Notes: generated by a model not told the origin, from the letters alone. Counted from the first letter of the stretch, positions 36,321 to 46,327 are shown. The stretch is DNA of 64,000 nt from an uncultured Chitinophaga sp. (GCA_964596345.1 CAZQSZ010000001.1:752696-816695); one strand, 5' to 3'. A program made the numbers and translations.

Positions 36321-37508
36321 TTAGTAAAGCTTAAAAAGCAATTTCCTCACCATCCTGAAATTAGTGATCACCGAAAGGATGATCAGCAACAAGGCAATGA
36401 CCAGGATACTCCAGTGAAGGAAAGATGACAATTCCGGCCGGTCATACATTACAAAATGATGAAAGAGCCATTGCATTCCCTGGGTTAATAAGAGGGCAAA
36501 TAGCACAACAAGAATATAAACAGGAATGAATTGACGGGCTACGTTTTTACTGAGCCAGGAAGGCGAATACCCCAACGTCAGTAATAACTGTAAACTGTCT
36601 TTACTGCGGGCAATGACAAGTTGCAGGTAAAAGGAGAACAACATCAGTGCTAATACGATAACAAGAATGCCAAAAACACCCAGTCCCGTAATGATACCTT
36701 GTAGTATTTGCTTGGAACGGCCAAAAGCAGTTTTGTCTTTGTTGACCCGGTAATGCTTTTGTTCTAGGAACTGAAGCAGCTCGTTACTGTTCGCATCTTT
36801 TGTTTTAATAAATACACGGGAAGCTTTGGTGTCATCAACACCTTCCAGCGTTTTATTGGCCCAGCCCAGGAAGGAAGCGGGAACCAGCACAGAATTGACC
36901 CGGTCTGAAAATGCCACAATGTTGGCCCTGAAAGTTTGTTGCCCTAATTTCCCTTCGCATCGAAGTGTGATACTCAGGTTTCCTGCTGTAGCGGTTGATA
37001 CCTGCGGCAAACCATAGCTGGGTGCAAATACGTTATACATTTCCAGGAAATCGGATGAAAAAATAACCGGAACCACTGTTTGTCCTTCACTCCAGGTAAA
37101 ATTGGGTGGAACTGTGTCAATAAAATTATTATCCAGTGCTTCGATAAAAATATCGGAAGCAAAAGGGATCATATCGCCTGCACTGGCTACTACTTTAAAA
37201 CGGTTGGGGATCAATGGAGCTGCATCATCAATAAAGGGGGCCGCTTTCAGCTCTGCCACATCAGCCGGGCTGAAGCGGTTATCCTGCCCCATGTTATCAT
37301 TGGTGATGAGCTTGGTGACAGATACATAATCAAAACCGTTTTTCCGGATACTTGTTTTCTTTAACAGCGATTGAATATTAAAGAACATTTGCAACGAAGA
37401 CAGTAATAATAATACACCAATTCCAAGCCCGATATAGGAAAACCAGCGGGAAGCAGCATTGGTTCCGGTGAGCAAAAGTGGTTTTATGGTTTTGTAGGAA
37501 AGCGGCAC
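36321..37508 (-). CDS. FtsX/LolE-like ABC transporter permease
   Basis: 395 aa with a GTG start. One N-terminal TM, a ~220-aa extracytoplasmic domain, then three C-terminal TMs. Confidence 0.75.
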   Translation of the reverse strand: MPLSYKTIKPLLLTGTNAASRWFSYIGLGIGVLLLLSSLQMFFNIQSLLKKTSIRKNGFDYVSVTKLITNDNMGQDNRFSPADVAELKAAPFIDDAAPLIPNRFKVVASAGDMIPFASDIFIEALDNNFIDTVPPNFTWSEGQTVVPVIFSSDFLEMYNVFAPSYGLPQVSTATAGNLSITLRCEGKLGQQTFRANIVAFSDRVNSVLVPASFLGWANKTLEGVDDTKASRVFIKTKDANSNELLQFLEQKHYRVNKDKTAFGRSKQILQGIITGLGVFGILVIVLALMLFSFYLQLVIARSKDSLQLLLTLGYSPSWLSKNVARQFIPVYILVVLFALLLTQGMQWLFHHFVMYDRPELSSFLHWSILVIALLLIILSVITNFRMVRKLLFKLY

Positions 37509-37518
37509 GGGATATTAT

Positions 37519-38160
37519 TTATAAATGAAATAATCGGGTGAAGGGGAAATAGTCAATCCGTTCAAGGTCGGCAAAGACGATGCAGGCATTGCGTTCCCGG
37601 CTTTCTTCCAGCATCAGCTCCATAGCTTTTTGCGAATTCTCATTGTCCAGGTGACTGAATGGTTCATCCAATAATAAAAAATCAAAGGGCTGTAACAGGG
37701 AACGGATAATAGCCACCCGTTGCTGTTCGCCATAGGAACAGATCCTTGCTTTCGATTGCAGCTTATTACCAATACCGAGCCGGCTGGCCATGTATTGAAT
37801 TTTCTCTTTGCTGTGATAAGGGTTCAGTTGCCGCTTGATCTCTAAGTTCTCCAGTACCGTTTGTTCAGGAAATAAACGGAGATCCTGGAAGACAATACTG
37901 ATATGGTTACTGCGGTGCAGGGCAAAATCCTCTGCATTGAACTGGCTGATGTTTTTATCACCATATTTGACCATGCCTTTATATTCTTTCCGCATACCAT
38001 ATATAAAATGCATGAGAGAAGTTTTGCCACTGCCGGAAGGGGCTACGATCTTGATCATTTCTCCTTTGAAGAAGGCAAGGTCTTTCCCCCAAACCTGAGA
38101 GCCTGACTTCCGGCTTTCTTCAAAGTAAGCAGGTAATAATTGTTGTAGCTGTAATTGCAT
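37519..38160 (-). CDS. ABC transporter ATP-binding protein (LolD/FtsE-like) with an atypical signature motif
   Basis: Walker A is APSGSGKTS and Walker B is FLLLDEPFSHLD. The signature reads CSYGEQQRVAI instead of LSGGEQQR. Confidence 0.85.
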   Translation of the reverse strand: MQLQLQQLLPAYFEESRKSGSQVWGKDLAFFKGEMIKIVAPSGSGKTSLMHFIYGMRKEYKGMVKYGDKNISQFNAEDFALHRSNHISIVFQDLRLFPEQTVLENLEIKRQLNPYHSKEKIQYMASRLGIGNKLQSKARICSYGEQQRVAIIRSLLQPFDFLLLDEPFSHLDNENSQKAMELMLEESRERNACIVFADLERIDYFPFTRLFHL

Positions 38161-38177
38161 AGTTGCAATAATAAATT

Positions 38178-38215
38178 AAAAACCACAGGTTCTTTTAACA
38201 GGGCCTGTGGTTTTT
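38178..38215. terminator. Hairpin terminator downstream of the large lipoprotein gene
   Basis: AAAAACCACAGG-14 nt-CCTGTGGTTTTT, a perfect 12-bp stem with flanking A/T runs. Confidence 0.6.
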
Positions 38216-38238
38216 ATTAATGAATGATGTGTTATTAT

Positions 38239-39930
38239 TTATTTTGCGGGAGGAGGAGCTATTACTGCTGCTGAATCTGTAGCGGGATTTTCCCATTCTC
38301 TCCGGTAGGCTTCTTCTCTTCTTTTTTCCTGTTCTTTCATTTTTAAAGCAATAAAACCCAGGTAGCTGTTCAGTTGTTTCAGGCTGTTGGTATTTTTATC
38401 CACCATATTAATTTCTATGTAGCTGTCCGAACCGCCATCTTTATATTCACCACCGTGGAAAACAATATCCTGCCATACTTTCAATGACTGGTCGGCGATG
38501 AGTGTGGCCGTGGAATCGCTGGCAAAAGATGGTTTCGAGCCACTGATGAATTTTTGTATATCCAGGAAGCCGCCCATCGGGTGTCCTTTGATCTTGCTGA
38601 TAAAGGAATGCTCCGTTTTAGCAGCTCCGAATGAATGCACAGAAGCAGAATCACTGCCGGCGATGAACCAGTTATCTTTCAGCAGGTAGGGTATTTTATT
38701 TACAAAATCATTGGCACTGGCGCCTGCTTCCTGGCCGATCTTTTCTTTCAGGATGGTCATCAGCTTCTCAAAAGAAGGCTTATCAGCTACAGACGTAGCG
38801 AATAATATTTTGGCATCAGGCTCTGTTGATTTGTAAGTATGCTGGGTGCCGTCATACATCGTCATTGTTTTTTCTTTTTCACCGACAGAGAAATCGGACA
38901 CAGAGAGCAGCAGGTCTCCTTTATTGGCTTTTACAAAATCTTCCACACTGAAACCCGCTTCGGCCAGGAACATATTTACAAGGCCGTCCACCCCCAGCAG
39001 GGATATAAATTCTTTTACTCCTTCAGGGGGATAATTCATGGCAATCAGAGCAGCCACATCGCCGGCAGGAATGCTTTTCAGCATCTCTTCATCAAGAGTT
39101 TTCATGCTGTATTTCTTATAAACAGCTGCCAGTTCCTTATTGTAATAACTTCTGCCTTTTGCTGTGATCTTACCATTGTCAAAGCTGATGGTGGCCGCAC
39201 TGATATTACCTTCAAATAACAGGCTGGCTTTGGTAATGGCCAGCATAGCCGGCAGTGCATTACTGTAAAGAGATCCTGCATTCATCCAGAAATGAACATC
39301 ACCCCCTTCTTTCATCATGGATGCAAATTTGTCATTACTGCCAATGCTCTTACTGCCTTTCAGTTCATACACTTCTTTGGCAAATTTTACCAGGCTGTCC
39401 GTATCGAAACGACGGCTTTTTCCGTTGTTACCCATCATGGAAGCACCGCTGTTGATATCCGGGTTGTCGGCGATGAATACAAGCCGCTTATCGTTCCAGG
39501 TAAGTACGTTGCTGTTTTCGGCAATTACAGACAGCCCTTCTTTTTTCTCCACTTTTTCTCCTTCCCGTATTTTGCCGATAAAAGTTTCAAATTTCTTTTC
39601 ATCACCAATGCCGCAAACAAAGGCCATGTAGCCTCCCCGTCCGCGGGTCTTCAGGAAAATATAGGCATCCGATTTTACATTGATACCTGATTCATCCGGG
39701 TTATCAAGAATTTTTTTAGCCAGGTCATCTTTGACTTCTTCATTGGCCACTTTGAACCACTCACTTTTTTTGATCTCCTCCCAGGGTAGTTTGGAGCTGA
39801 GAGAAGCACCATCAATATGGACAACGATAGCTGCATCTTCCGGTACCGGTATATTGGCTTTGTTGGAACAGGAAGCAAATACGATCACCAGCAATGCGAT
39901 GGCAGCCAGCGATGTTAGTTTTAATTTCAT
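38239..39930 (-). CDS. Large lipoprotein, DUF4836-like (family from memory)
   Basis: 563 aa. Lipobox VFASC-SNK. No catalytic motif recognised. Confidence 0.55.
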   Translation of the reverse strand: MKLKLTSLAAIALLVIVFASCSNKANIPVPEDAAIVVHIDGASLSSKLPWEEIKKSEWFKVANEEVKDDLAKKILDNPDESGINVKSDAYIFLKTRGRGGYMAFVCGIGDEKKFETFIGKIREGEKVEKKEGLSVIAENSNVLTWNDKRLVFIADNPDINSGASMMGNNGKSRRFDTDSLVKFAKEVYELKGSKSIGSNDKFASMMKEGGDVHFWMNAGSLYSNALPAMLAITKASLLFEGNISAATISFDNGKITAKGRSYYNKELAAVYKKYSMKTLDEEMLKSIPAGDVAALIAMNYPPEGVKEFISLLGVDGLVNMFLAEAGFSVEDFVKANKGDLLLSVSDFSVGEKEKTMTMYDGTQHTYKSTEPDAKILFATSVADKPSFEKLMTILKEKIGQEAGASANDFVNKIPYLLKDNWFIAGSDSASVHSFGAAKTEHSFISKIKGHPMGGFLDIQKFISGSKPSFASDSTATLIADQSLKVWQDIVFHGGEYKDGGSDSYIEINMVDKNTNSLKQLNSYLGFIALKMKEQEKRREEAYRREWENPATDSAAVIAPPPAK

Positions 39931-39955
39931 AATTGATTTTTATTGATAGGGTTTA

Positions 39956-41326
39956 CTAAATGAAAGAAAAGCTTGTTAACTGGTTTTGCAAAAGGGTTTG
40001 TTGCTCCCCGGTTTTAATGTTTTTAAGTTTAACGGCGCCTGCTTTTACTTCCTCTTCCCCCAAAATAACCACATAGGGGATACCCTTTTTCTCGGCGTAT
40101 TTAAATTGCTTGTCAAATTTACTGTTCTCAGGGTAAAGTTCACCACGAATGCCTGTTTCTCTTAATTGTTGCAACAGGCTGAAAGCAACCTTACTTTCAG
40201 CGTCACCCAAATGAAAGAAAAGCACCTGGGTGCCGATATGCACTTCTTCGGGGAAGAGTTGTAATTCTTCCATTACATCATAGATCCTGTCTACACCAAA
40301 CGATATACCAACGCCCGGTATATTGGGAACGCCAAATAGACCTGTCAGGTCATCATACCGGCCGCCACCACCAATACTTCCCATCTGGACATTGTTTGCT
40401 TTTACTTCGAAGATGATACCTGTATAATAGTTAAGACCTCTTGCTAAGGTAAAATCAATGGACAGTTGCAAACCCTGCGCTTTGACCTGTGAGCAGAGAT
40501 ATTCGATCTCCCCGATCCCTTTTTTACCCGCTTCATTTTTCTCAAGCAGTTGTTTTGCCTGTACCAGTTTGTCTTCGTTTGTCCCGGTGATAGCAAGATA
40601 TTGTTCAATCATTGTTACCTGTTCTGCTGTCAAACCTCTTTGCAGCAGTTCCTCTTTTACTTTTTCAAGACCAATCTTGTCCAGCTTATCAATCGCTACG
40701 GTGATAGCGGTCATCTTATTAGCGCCGCCACATATTTCAGCCAGCGCTGTTAATACTTTCCTGCTGTTGATCTTTATTTCAACGGGAATGCCCAGCTTAT
40801 TGAAAACAGTGGCATAAATAATGGCAAGCTCCACTTCATTTAATAATGAATTACTACCCACCACATCGGCATCGCATTGATAAAACTCCCGGTATCTTCC
40901 TTTTTGCGGGCGGTCGGCTCTCCACACAGGCTGCACCTGGTAGCGTTTGAAAGGGAAACTCAGTTGGCCATGATTCATGGCCACATACCGGGCAAAGGGT
41001 ATAGTGAGATCATACTTTAATGCTCTTTCGGTTATGCCTTTGCTGTTTTTACCCTGCAATACTTTCTCAAAATCATCCCGCACCTGTTTTTCCTTGGCAG
41101 GATTATCTAAACCATTATTAAGTATTTTGAAAATCAGTTTATCTCCTTCTTCACCATACTTCCCCATCAATGTATCTAAGTTTTCCATGGCCGGTGTTTC
41201 CAAAGGCTGAAAACCGTATAATTCAAATACATTCCGTATTGTGCCGAGAATATAATTCCGCTTACGAACAACATCCGGTCCGAAATCCCTGGTGCCCTGT
41301 GGTAATCCAACTGTAACTTTTGCCAT
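39956..41326 (-). CDS. hisS: Histidine--tRNA ligase
   Basis: 456 aa. Class II motifs: GTRDF, FKRYQVQPVWRADRPQKGRYREFYQCD and GGGGRYD. Confidence 0.95.
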   Translation of the reverse strand: MAKVTVGLPQGTRDFGPDVVRKRNYILGTIRNVFELYGFQPLETPAMENLDTLMGKYGEEGDKLIFKILNNGLDNPAKEKQVRDDFEKVLQGKNSKGITERALKYDLTIPFARYVAMNHGQLSFPFKRYQVQPVWRADRPQKGRYREFYQCDADVVGSNSLLNEVELAIIYATVFNKLGIPVEIKINSRKVLTALAEICGGANKMTAITVAIDKLDKIGLEKVKEELLQRGLTAEQVTMIEQYLAITGTNEDKLVQAKQLLEKNEAGKKGIGEIEYLCSQVKAQGLQLSIDFTLARGLNYYTGIIFEVKANNVQMGSIGGGGRYDDLTGLFGVPNIPGVGISFGVDRIYDVMEELQLFPEEVHIGTQVLFFHLGDAESKVAFSLLQQLRETGIRGELYPENSKFDKQFKYAEKKGIPYVVILGEEEVKAGAVKLKNIKTGEQQTLLQNQLTSFSFI

Positions 41327-41329
41327 GTA

Positions 41330-41821
41330 TTATTTCAAATGAGATGAAACGGGTGTACTACTGTTTACTGCATATTTTTCAATGATCCTGTCACAAACCT
41401 CACTGATCATCTTATACACTTCATGATAGCCGGGTTCAGTTCCGTAATAAGGGTCGGGGACATCTGCATTTTTCCCCGGGAACTGTTCATTCATCAGCAG
41501 TTCTGCTTTCCCGATGTCAAATTTATTTTTTGCGATCCTCTTCATATCATCCAGCACATCGCCTGCCAGTGCATAGATCTTATCATAGTTGTCAAAATCC
41601 GCCGCAGTAAAACGCCGGGCTCTTTGTGTGGAAATATCAATTCCATGCAGCCGGGCTACTTTTTGTGACAAAGGATGAGGCGGTTCACCCGTATGATAGC
41701 TGTTGGTACCTGCACTCTCCACACTCCAGGTCAAGCCTGCTTCAAACGCCTTCTGTTGTAAAATGCCTTCTGCCAGCGGACTGCGGCAAATATTACCAAG
41801 GCAAACCATCAGGATTTTCAT
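41330..41821 (-). CDS. Low-molecular-weight protein-tyrosine/arsenate-reductase-type phosphatase
   Basis: MKILMVCLGNICRSPLAEG (CX5RS P-loop). 163 aa. Confidence 0.85.
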   Translation of the reverse strand: MKILMVCLGNICRSPLAEGILQQKAFEAGLTWSVESAGTNSYHTGEPPHPLSQKVARLHGIDISTQRARRFTAADFDNYDKIYALAGDVLDDMKRIAKNKFDIGKAELLMNEQFPGKNADVPDPYYGTEPGYHEVYKMISEVCDRIIEKYAVNSSTPVSSHLK

Positions 41822-41935
41822 GCCTGCAAAGATAAGGAGGCCGGGGCATGGTTGCTAGGGGTATTACAACAGTGCTTTAACTAATAACATATGGAATCAA
41901 TGGTTGAACAGCATCTCATAATCAAACACAGCACC

Positions 41936-42778
41936 ATGACAAACAAAGAGATCCTGCAATCAGATATGCTCGACATTTTGTTCGAAAAAAGAAATAAAGC
42001 TTATGGAGCTTATGCCCTGCGCCGCGGTTACGATCAGCGTATGCTGCTGGCACTTGGTTCAGGATTGGCCATCATTTTTTCTGTCGTACTCTTTACTATT
42101 ATTGGCGGGAATAATGATATGCCCAATGATTCTTTACCAGCGAAACAAATAATTACGGTGCAAACGATTGAAATACCGGCAGAACCTGAAAAACCCAAAG
42201 AGCCGGAGAAACCTAAGGAAAAACCTGCTGCCCCGAAAGTCATAAAGCAGGTAGCTACCGTAAAGAATACAACGAACATTAAGATCGAACCGGATAAGAT
42301 TGTAAAGACTATTGAAATGCCAGCAATAACTGATCTGAAAGACAAGCAGACAGGTACTGAGAATATTGCCGGCGAAAAACCAGGCAATATTGCTATCGTA
42401 ACAGAAAAACCTGCAAATACCGGCAATGGTGAAGGCAAGGGAACTGGAACAGAAAAGCAAAGCGATTTCATCATCAATGAAAGGGCTCCTGAATTTCCCG
42501 GTGGTGAAGAAGCCCTGGCTCGTTTTTTATCCCGGAACCTGAATACGCCGGAAGAGCTAGAGGCCGGGCAGAAAAAAGCAGTCAGAATCAGGTTTACGGT
42601 CGGTAGTGATGGTACTATTTCTTTAATGGAGATCGTGCAAACAGGGGGTGATATGTTTGATAAAGAAGTGGTGAGGGTCTGTAAGAAAATGCCCCGCTGG
42701 AAACCGGCCATTCAAAACGGGGTGCATGTACCTGTGAGCTATGTGCTGCCGGTAACATTTATCGGCACAGAACAGTAA
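41936..42778 (+). CDS. tonB: Energy transducer TonB (paralogue 1)
   Basis: ORF trimmed to the ATG at 41936. Contains LDILFEKRNKAYGAYALR, one TM, a Pro/Lys/Glu-rich linker (EPEKPKEPEKPKEKP) and a C-terminal TonB domain (PEFPGGEEAL...). Confidence 0.8.
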   Translation: MTNKEILQSDMLDILFEKRNKAYGAYALRRGYDQRMLLALGSGLAIIFSVVLFTIIGGNNDMPNDSLPAKQIITVQTIEIPAEPEKPKEPEKPKEKPAAPKVIKQVATVKNTTNIKIEPDKIVKTIEMPAITDLKDKQTGTENIAGEKPGNIAIVTEKPANTGNGEGKGTGTEKQSDFIINERAPEFPGGEEALARFLSRNLNTPEELEAGQKKAVRIRFTVGSDGTISLMEIVQTGGDMFDKEVVRVCKKMPRWKPAIQNGVHVPVSYVLPVTFIGTEQ

Positions 42779-42814
42779 AAAATCCATAATTTTCAGCCCC
42801 TGAAAAAGAATAAC

Positions 42815-43060
42815 ATGTCAGCAGAAGAATATGAGAAAAAAAGAAGGCAGCAGGTATCCCTGGTCCGCTCTATATTAGATTATCTTGTCGGGATTTCTAT
42901 TACCGGGTTTGGTGTATTCATGCTGGTAAGAGACAGGTGGAAACTGGATTTTAATGAAACATTTCCCCCGGGGAAAATTGATAAATTCTTCGGAGCTGTT
43001 TGTATCGCATATGGTATCTGGCGGATGTACAGGGGTTATAAGAAAAATTATTTCAGATGA
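42815..43060 (+). CDS. Small two-TM membrane protein
   Basis: 81 aa with two hydrophobic spans. ATGA overlap with the next gene. Confidence 0.5.
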   Translation: MSAEEYEKKRRQQVSLVRSILDYLVGISITGFGVFMLVRDRWKLDFNETFPPGKIDKFFGAVCIAYGIWRMYRGYKKNYFR

Positions 43061-43992
43061 TCAGAAGATGGGTTAGTTTTTTTTTGTTTGCATGTGCCTG
43101 CGGGTTGATGATGGCAGGCTGCAAATCCTATGATGAACAGGAAAGGGAACTTCCGGATACCTATAAAAGAGGAACGATCAGGGTTAGTGCGGATGAATCA
43201 TTCAAACCCATCATTGATGCGCAGGTGCAGGTGTATGAATCCAATTACCCGGGAACAAAGATCATTGTAGATTATAAACCGGAGGCAGATTGTTTACGGG
43301 ATTTGCTGGTGGATAGTGTAAGGATGGTGATTGCCACCCGCAAGTCAAGTGTAGGAGAAAAAGAAGCGGTGTCAGATTCTTTGAAAATTGGCCTGGAAGA
43401 CCTTATAGTGGCCAGGGATGCAGTGGCGGTGATCGTGAACCCGCAAAGTGAGGACTCTTTTTTCACCATGAATGAGATCAAAGCGATACTCCGGGGCAAT
43501 TTTAATAAAAATTTAATTCCTGTATTTGACGGGGTAAAAGCAACCAGTACCATACGTTTTATCATCGATTCTATATTACATGGAGATACACTTACGAGTA
43601 AGGCTATGGCTGCCCGGTCCAGCGAAGAAGTGATCGATTATATCGCAAAGACGCCAGGGGCAGTTGGTTTTATCGGGGTGAGCTGGGTTGGCAATAAAGA
43701 TGATGCTGCTCAATTAGGCTTTTTGAAAAAGGTGAAATTGGTTAATATAGAAAGTGCATACCTGCCTGGGAAATACGTGTTGCCCTACCAGGTCAACATT
43801 TATGATGGGAATTACCCCATGGTACGGGATTTGGTTTATATACTGAAGGAAAGGCACAAAGGACTGGGACATGGATTTGGCGATTTTATGGGGGGAGAGA
43901 AGGGGCAACTGATTTTTAAAAGGGCTTACCTGATGCCGGCATTGCGGGATTTTATTTTGCGCAAGGCAGAATTAAGGGACGACGGGCTGTAA
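43057..43992 (+). CDS. PstS-like periplasmic substrate-binding-fold lipoprotein
   Basis: Lipobox MMAGC. Contains GTIRVSADESFKPI... and GAVGFIGVSWV, resembling PstS-family binding proteins. Confidence 0.65.
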   Translation: MIRRWVSFFLFACACGLMMAGCKSYDEQERELPDTYKRGTIRVSADESFKPIIDAQVQVYESNYPGTKIIVDYKPEADCLRDLLVDSVRMVIATRKSSVGEKEAVSDSLKIGLEDLIVARDAVAVIVNPQSEDSFFTMNEIKAILRGNFNKNLIPVFDGVKATSTIRFIIDSILHGDTLTSKAMAARSSEEVIDYIAKTPGAVGFIGVSWVGNKDDAAQLGFLKKVKLVNIESAYLPGKYVLPYQVNIYDGNYPMVRDLVYILKERHKGLGHGFGDFMGGEKGQLIFKRAYLMPALRDFILRKAELRDDGL

Positions 43993-44046
43993 AAAGAAAT
44001 GTACAAGTAATTATATTTACAACTCTTTAAAGTAAAAGAAAAGAAA

Positions 44047-45789
44047 ATGAAGAAAACCGTAATGATTGCAGTGATTGGCTTCCTGTCGGCAGCCGGTCTG
44101 AAAGCACAAACCCTGCAGGAAGGTATCAACCACCTGTATGCGGACCGTTTCAAGAGTGCTGTGAGTGTTTTTGAAAAATTGCTCGCCGCTAATCCCAATA
44201 ATATTGACGCTACCTACTGGTTAGGCCAGACCTACCTGGACATGGATAAAAATGATCAGGCCCGCCAGCTGTATGATAAAGCACTTACGGCAAGCTCCAA
44301 TGCCCCGTTGATACTGGTGGGAAGAGGTCATGTGGACCTGCTGGATAAAAAAACAGCAGATGCCCGCCAGAAATTTGAGACGGCCATTACCATGACACGC
44401 ACCAAAAAAGGGGATGATCCTGTTATCCTGAACGCCGTGGGCCGTGCCAACGTGGATGCCAAAGAAGGAGACCTGGCGTATGCAGTGGCAAAGCTGGAAG
44501 ATGCAGTTAAAAGAGATGATAAAAATGCTGAGATCTACCTGAACCTGGGTAACGCTTATCGTAAGGCAAGACCGGGTGAGGGTGGCGGACAGGCGTTTCA
44601 AAACTATAGAAAGGCACTGGATGTAAACCCCAATTTTGCGGTGGCTTATGTAAGGCTGGCTAAATTATTTGAAGCGCAAAGAAATGGTGAATTGTACCTC
44701 GAGAACCTTAACAAGGCGGTGGAAGTTGATACGAAGTTTTCCCTCGGTTATTACGAATTATTCTACTATTATTTTTTCCGGCAGAAATATGAAGATGCAG
44801 AAGGTCACCTGAAAAAATTTATTGATAGTAAGCAGCCCGAAACCTATACTGAAGATCAGCGTATGTATGCGGAGCTTTGCTGGGCCCGTAAGGATTACAC
44901 CTGCGCTATCAGCAAAGCAGAAAATATAATTACGGAGATGGGAGAACAAACCAAACCCAAAGTACTGAAGCTGCTGGCTGACTCGTATTTGCAAAAAGGA
45001 GATTTTGAAAATGCAAAAAAATATGTTGACTGGTATTTCAGAAGAGAAAAGCCTGATGAGTTAATTGCATTTGACTATGAATTGAAAGCGGATATTTATT
45101 CAAAAATACCCGGCCAGGAAGAGGCTTTATATGCTATCTATCTTGAAGGAGTAAGGGTTGATACAATTGTGGACAATAAAGTTGATATTTTAAAGAAAGC
45201 AGCTGCCTACTTCAAAGAAAAAGGCCAGCGGGACAAAGAAGGAGATATGTGGGCTAAACTGGTGGAAATAAAACCCAAACCAACCCTGACCGATTATTTT
45301 GAGGCGGCCCGTTCTTATTATTTTGGCAAGAAATATCCTCAATCCCGGGATTTCGCTCTGCAAATGATCGAAAAATATCCTGCAGAGAGTTTTGGTTATG
45401 ACTGGGCATATAATAACAGCCAGGTTATTGATACCGTGAAAAAAGACAGTATTGCTGTTCCGGACGCATTGAAGTTGTTTGAATTTGCCCAGAAGGATAC
45501 AGTGAAATTCAAAGCTCAATATATTAAGACAGCCCGTTTCCTTGCGGTTTATTATACCAATGATGCCAAGGATAAGGATAAGGCACTCGAATTTTTGAAG
45601 AAGTGGCAGGAAGCTGATGTGGTCAATGCACCTACTATTCAGCAGTACATTGACCAGTTGCAAAAATCACCTGCGGCAAAACCTGGGACGCCAAGAGGTA
45701 ATGCACAACCTCCCCGCCAGGGAACAGCCCCTAAACCAACAACAAAACCAGCAACAACTACTAACAAAGTAGCCGCTGTAAAGAAATAA
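44047..45789 (+). CDS. Tetratricopeptide-repeat protein with a Pro/Thr/Lys-rich C-terminal tail
   Basis: 580 aa with a signal peptide and repeated TPR-like A/Y/L patterns (YWLGQTYLDM..., YLNLGNAYRKA...). Confidence 0.75.
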   Translation: MKKTVMIAVIGFLSAAGLKAQTLQEGINHLYADRFKSAVSVFEKLLAANPNNIDATYWLGQTYLDMDKNDQARQLYDKALTASSNAPLILVGRGHVDLLDKKTADARQKFETAITMTRTKKGDDPVILNAVGRANVDAKEGDLAYAVAKLEDAVKRDDKNAEIYLNLGNAYRKARPGEGGGQAFQNYRKALDVNPNFAVAYVRLAKLFEAQRNGELYLENLNKAVEVDTKFSLGYYELFYYYFFRQKYEDAEGHLKKFIDSKQPETYTEDQRMYAELCWARKDYTCAISKAENIITEMGEQTKPKVLKLLADSYLQKGDFENAKKYVDWYFRREKPDELIAFDYELKADIYSKIPGQEEALYAIYLEGVRVDTIVDNKVDILKKAAAYFKEKGQRDKEGDMWAKLVEIKPKPTLTDYFEAARSYYFGKKYPQSRDFALQMIEKYPAESFGYDWAYNNSQVIDTVKKDSIAVPDALKLFEFAQKDTVKFKAQYIKTARFLAVYYTNDAKDKDKALEFLKKWQEADVVNAPTIQQYIDQLQKSPAAKPGTPRGNAQPPRQGTAPKPTTKPATTTNKVAAVKK

Positions 45790-45814
45790 AACTCGGTTTT
45801 CTTCTTTTACTTTT

Positions 45815-45845
45815 AGAATCCCTTGCCCTTGTGGCGGGGGATTCT
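45815..45845 (+). terminator. Terminator hairpin after the TPR gene
   Basis: AGAATCCC-15 nt-GGGATTCT followed by TGTTTTC. Confidence 0.5.
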
Positions 45846-45906
45846 TGTTTTCGCTGGCTTTCAGTATTCTAATTATATTTTATCAGGTAATTTGAGGTGG
45901 CCGTCT

Positions 45907-45914
45907 TATTTTTG
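45907..45914 (+). promoter_or_regulatory. Possible -7 box upstream of nuoA
   Basis: TATTTTTG matches TAnnTTTG, 18 nt before the nuoA ATG. No well-spaced -33 TTG was seen. Confidence 0.25.
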
Positions 45915-45931
45915 CCCGAAGAGAAAAACCT

Positions 45932-46327
45932 ATGTTCCATTTGCTCCAGACAGGCCTTAATTCCACCGACGCCGGCTCTTACCTTCCGGTTGGTATCCAA
46001 ATTTTGATTGCGGTAGGGCTGGTCGCTTTCCTGATGTTTGCCACCCATATGCTGGGTCCCAAAAGAAAGACAACGGATAAGCTGCAGAATTTTGCCAGTG
46101 GTATTGAAAGCCATGGTGATGCCCGCCAGCCGATGGCGATCAAGTATTTCCTGACAGCGATCCTTTTTGTGTTGTTTGATGTGGAAGTGATCTTTTTCTA
46201 TCCCTATGCTGTGAATTTCAGGGAGCTGGGCTGGAATGGGTTCTGGGCGGTGTTGATGTTTGTAGGCTTTTTCCTTTGTGGGTTCACCTATATCATTAAA
46301 AAAGGTGCGCTGAAGTGGGAAGACTGA
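45932..46327 (+). CDS. nuoA: NADH-quinone oxidoreductase subunit A
   Basis: 131 aa with three TMs. Contains YESGI-like GIESHGDARQ and FDVEVIFFYP. Confidence 0.9.
   Translation: MFHLLQTGLNSTDAGSYLPVGIQILIAVGLVAFLMFATHMLGPKRKTTDKLQNFASGIESHGDARQPMAIKYFLTAILFVLFDVEVIFFYPYAVNFRELGWNGFWAVLMFVGFFLCGFTYIIKKGALKWED

Noticed and set aside
42034-42711. 225-aa antisense ORF inside tonB (also 42134..42460)
   Set aside because: It is a mirror image of the low-complexity Pro/Lys/Glu linker of TonB. The sense frame carries clear TonB motifs.
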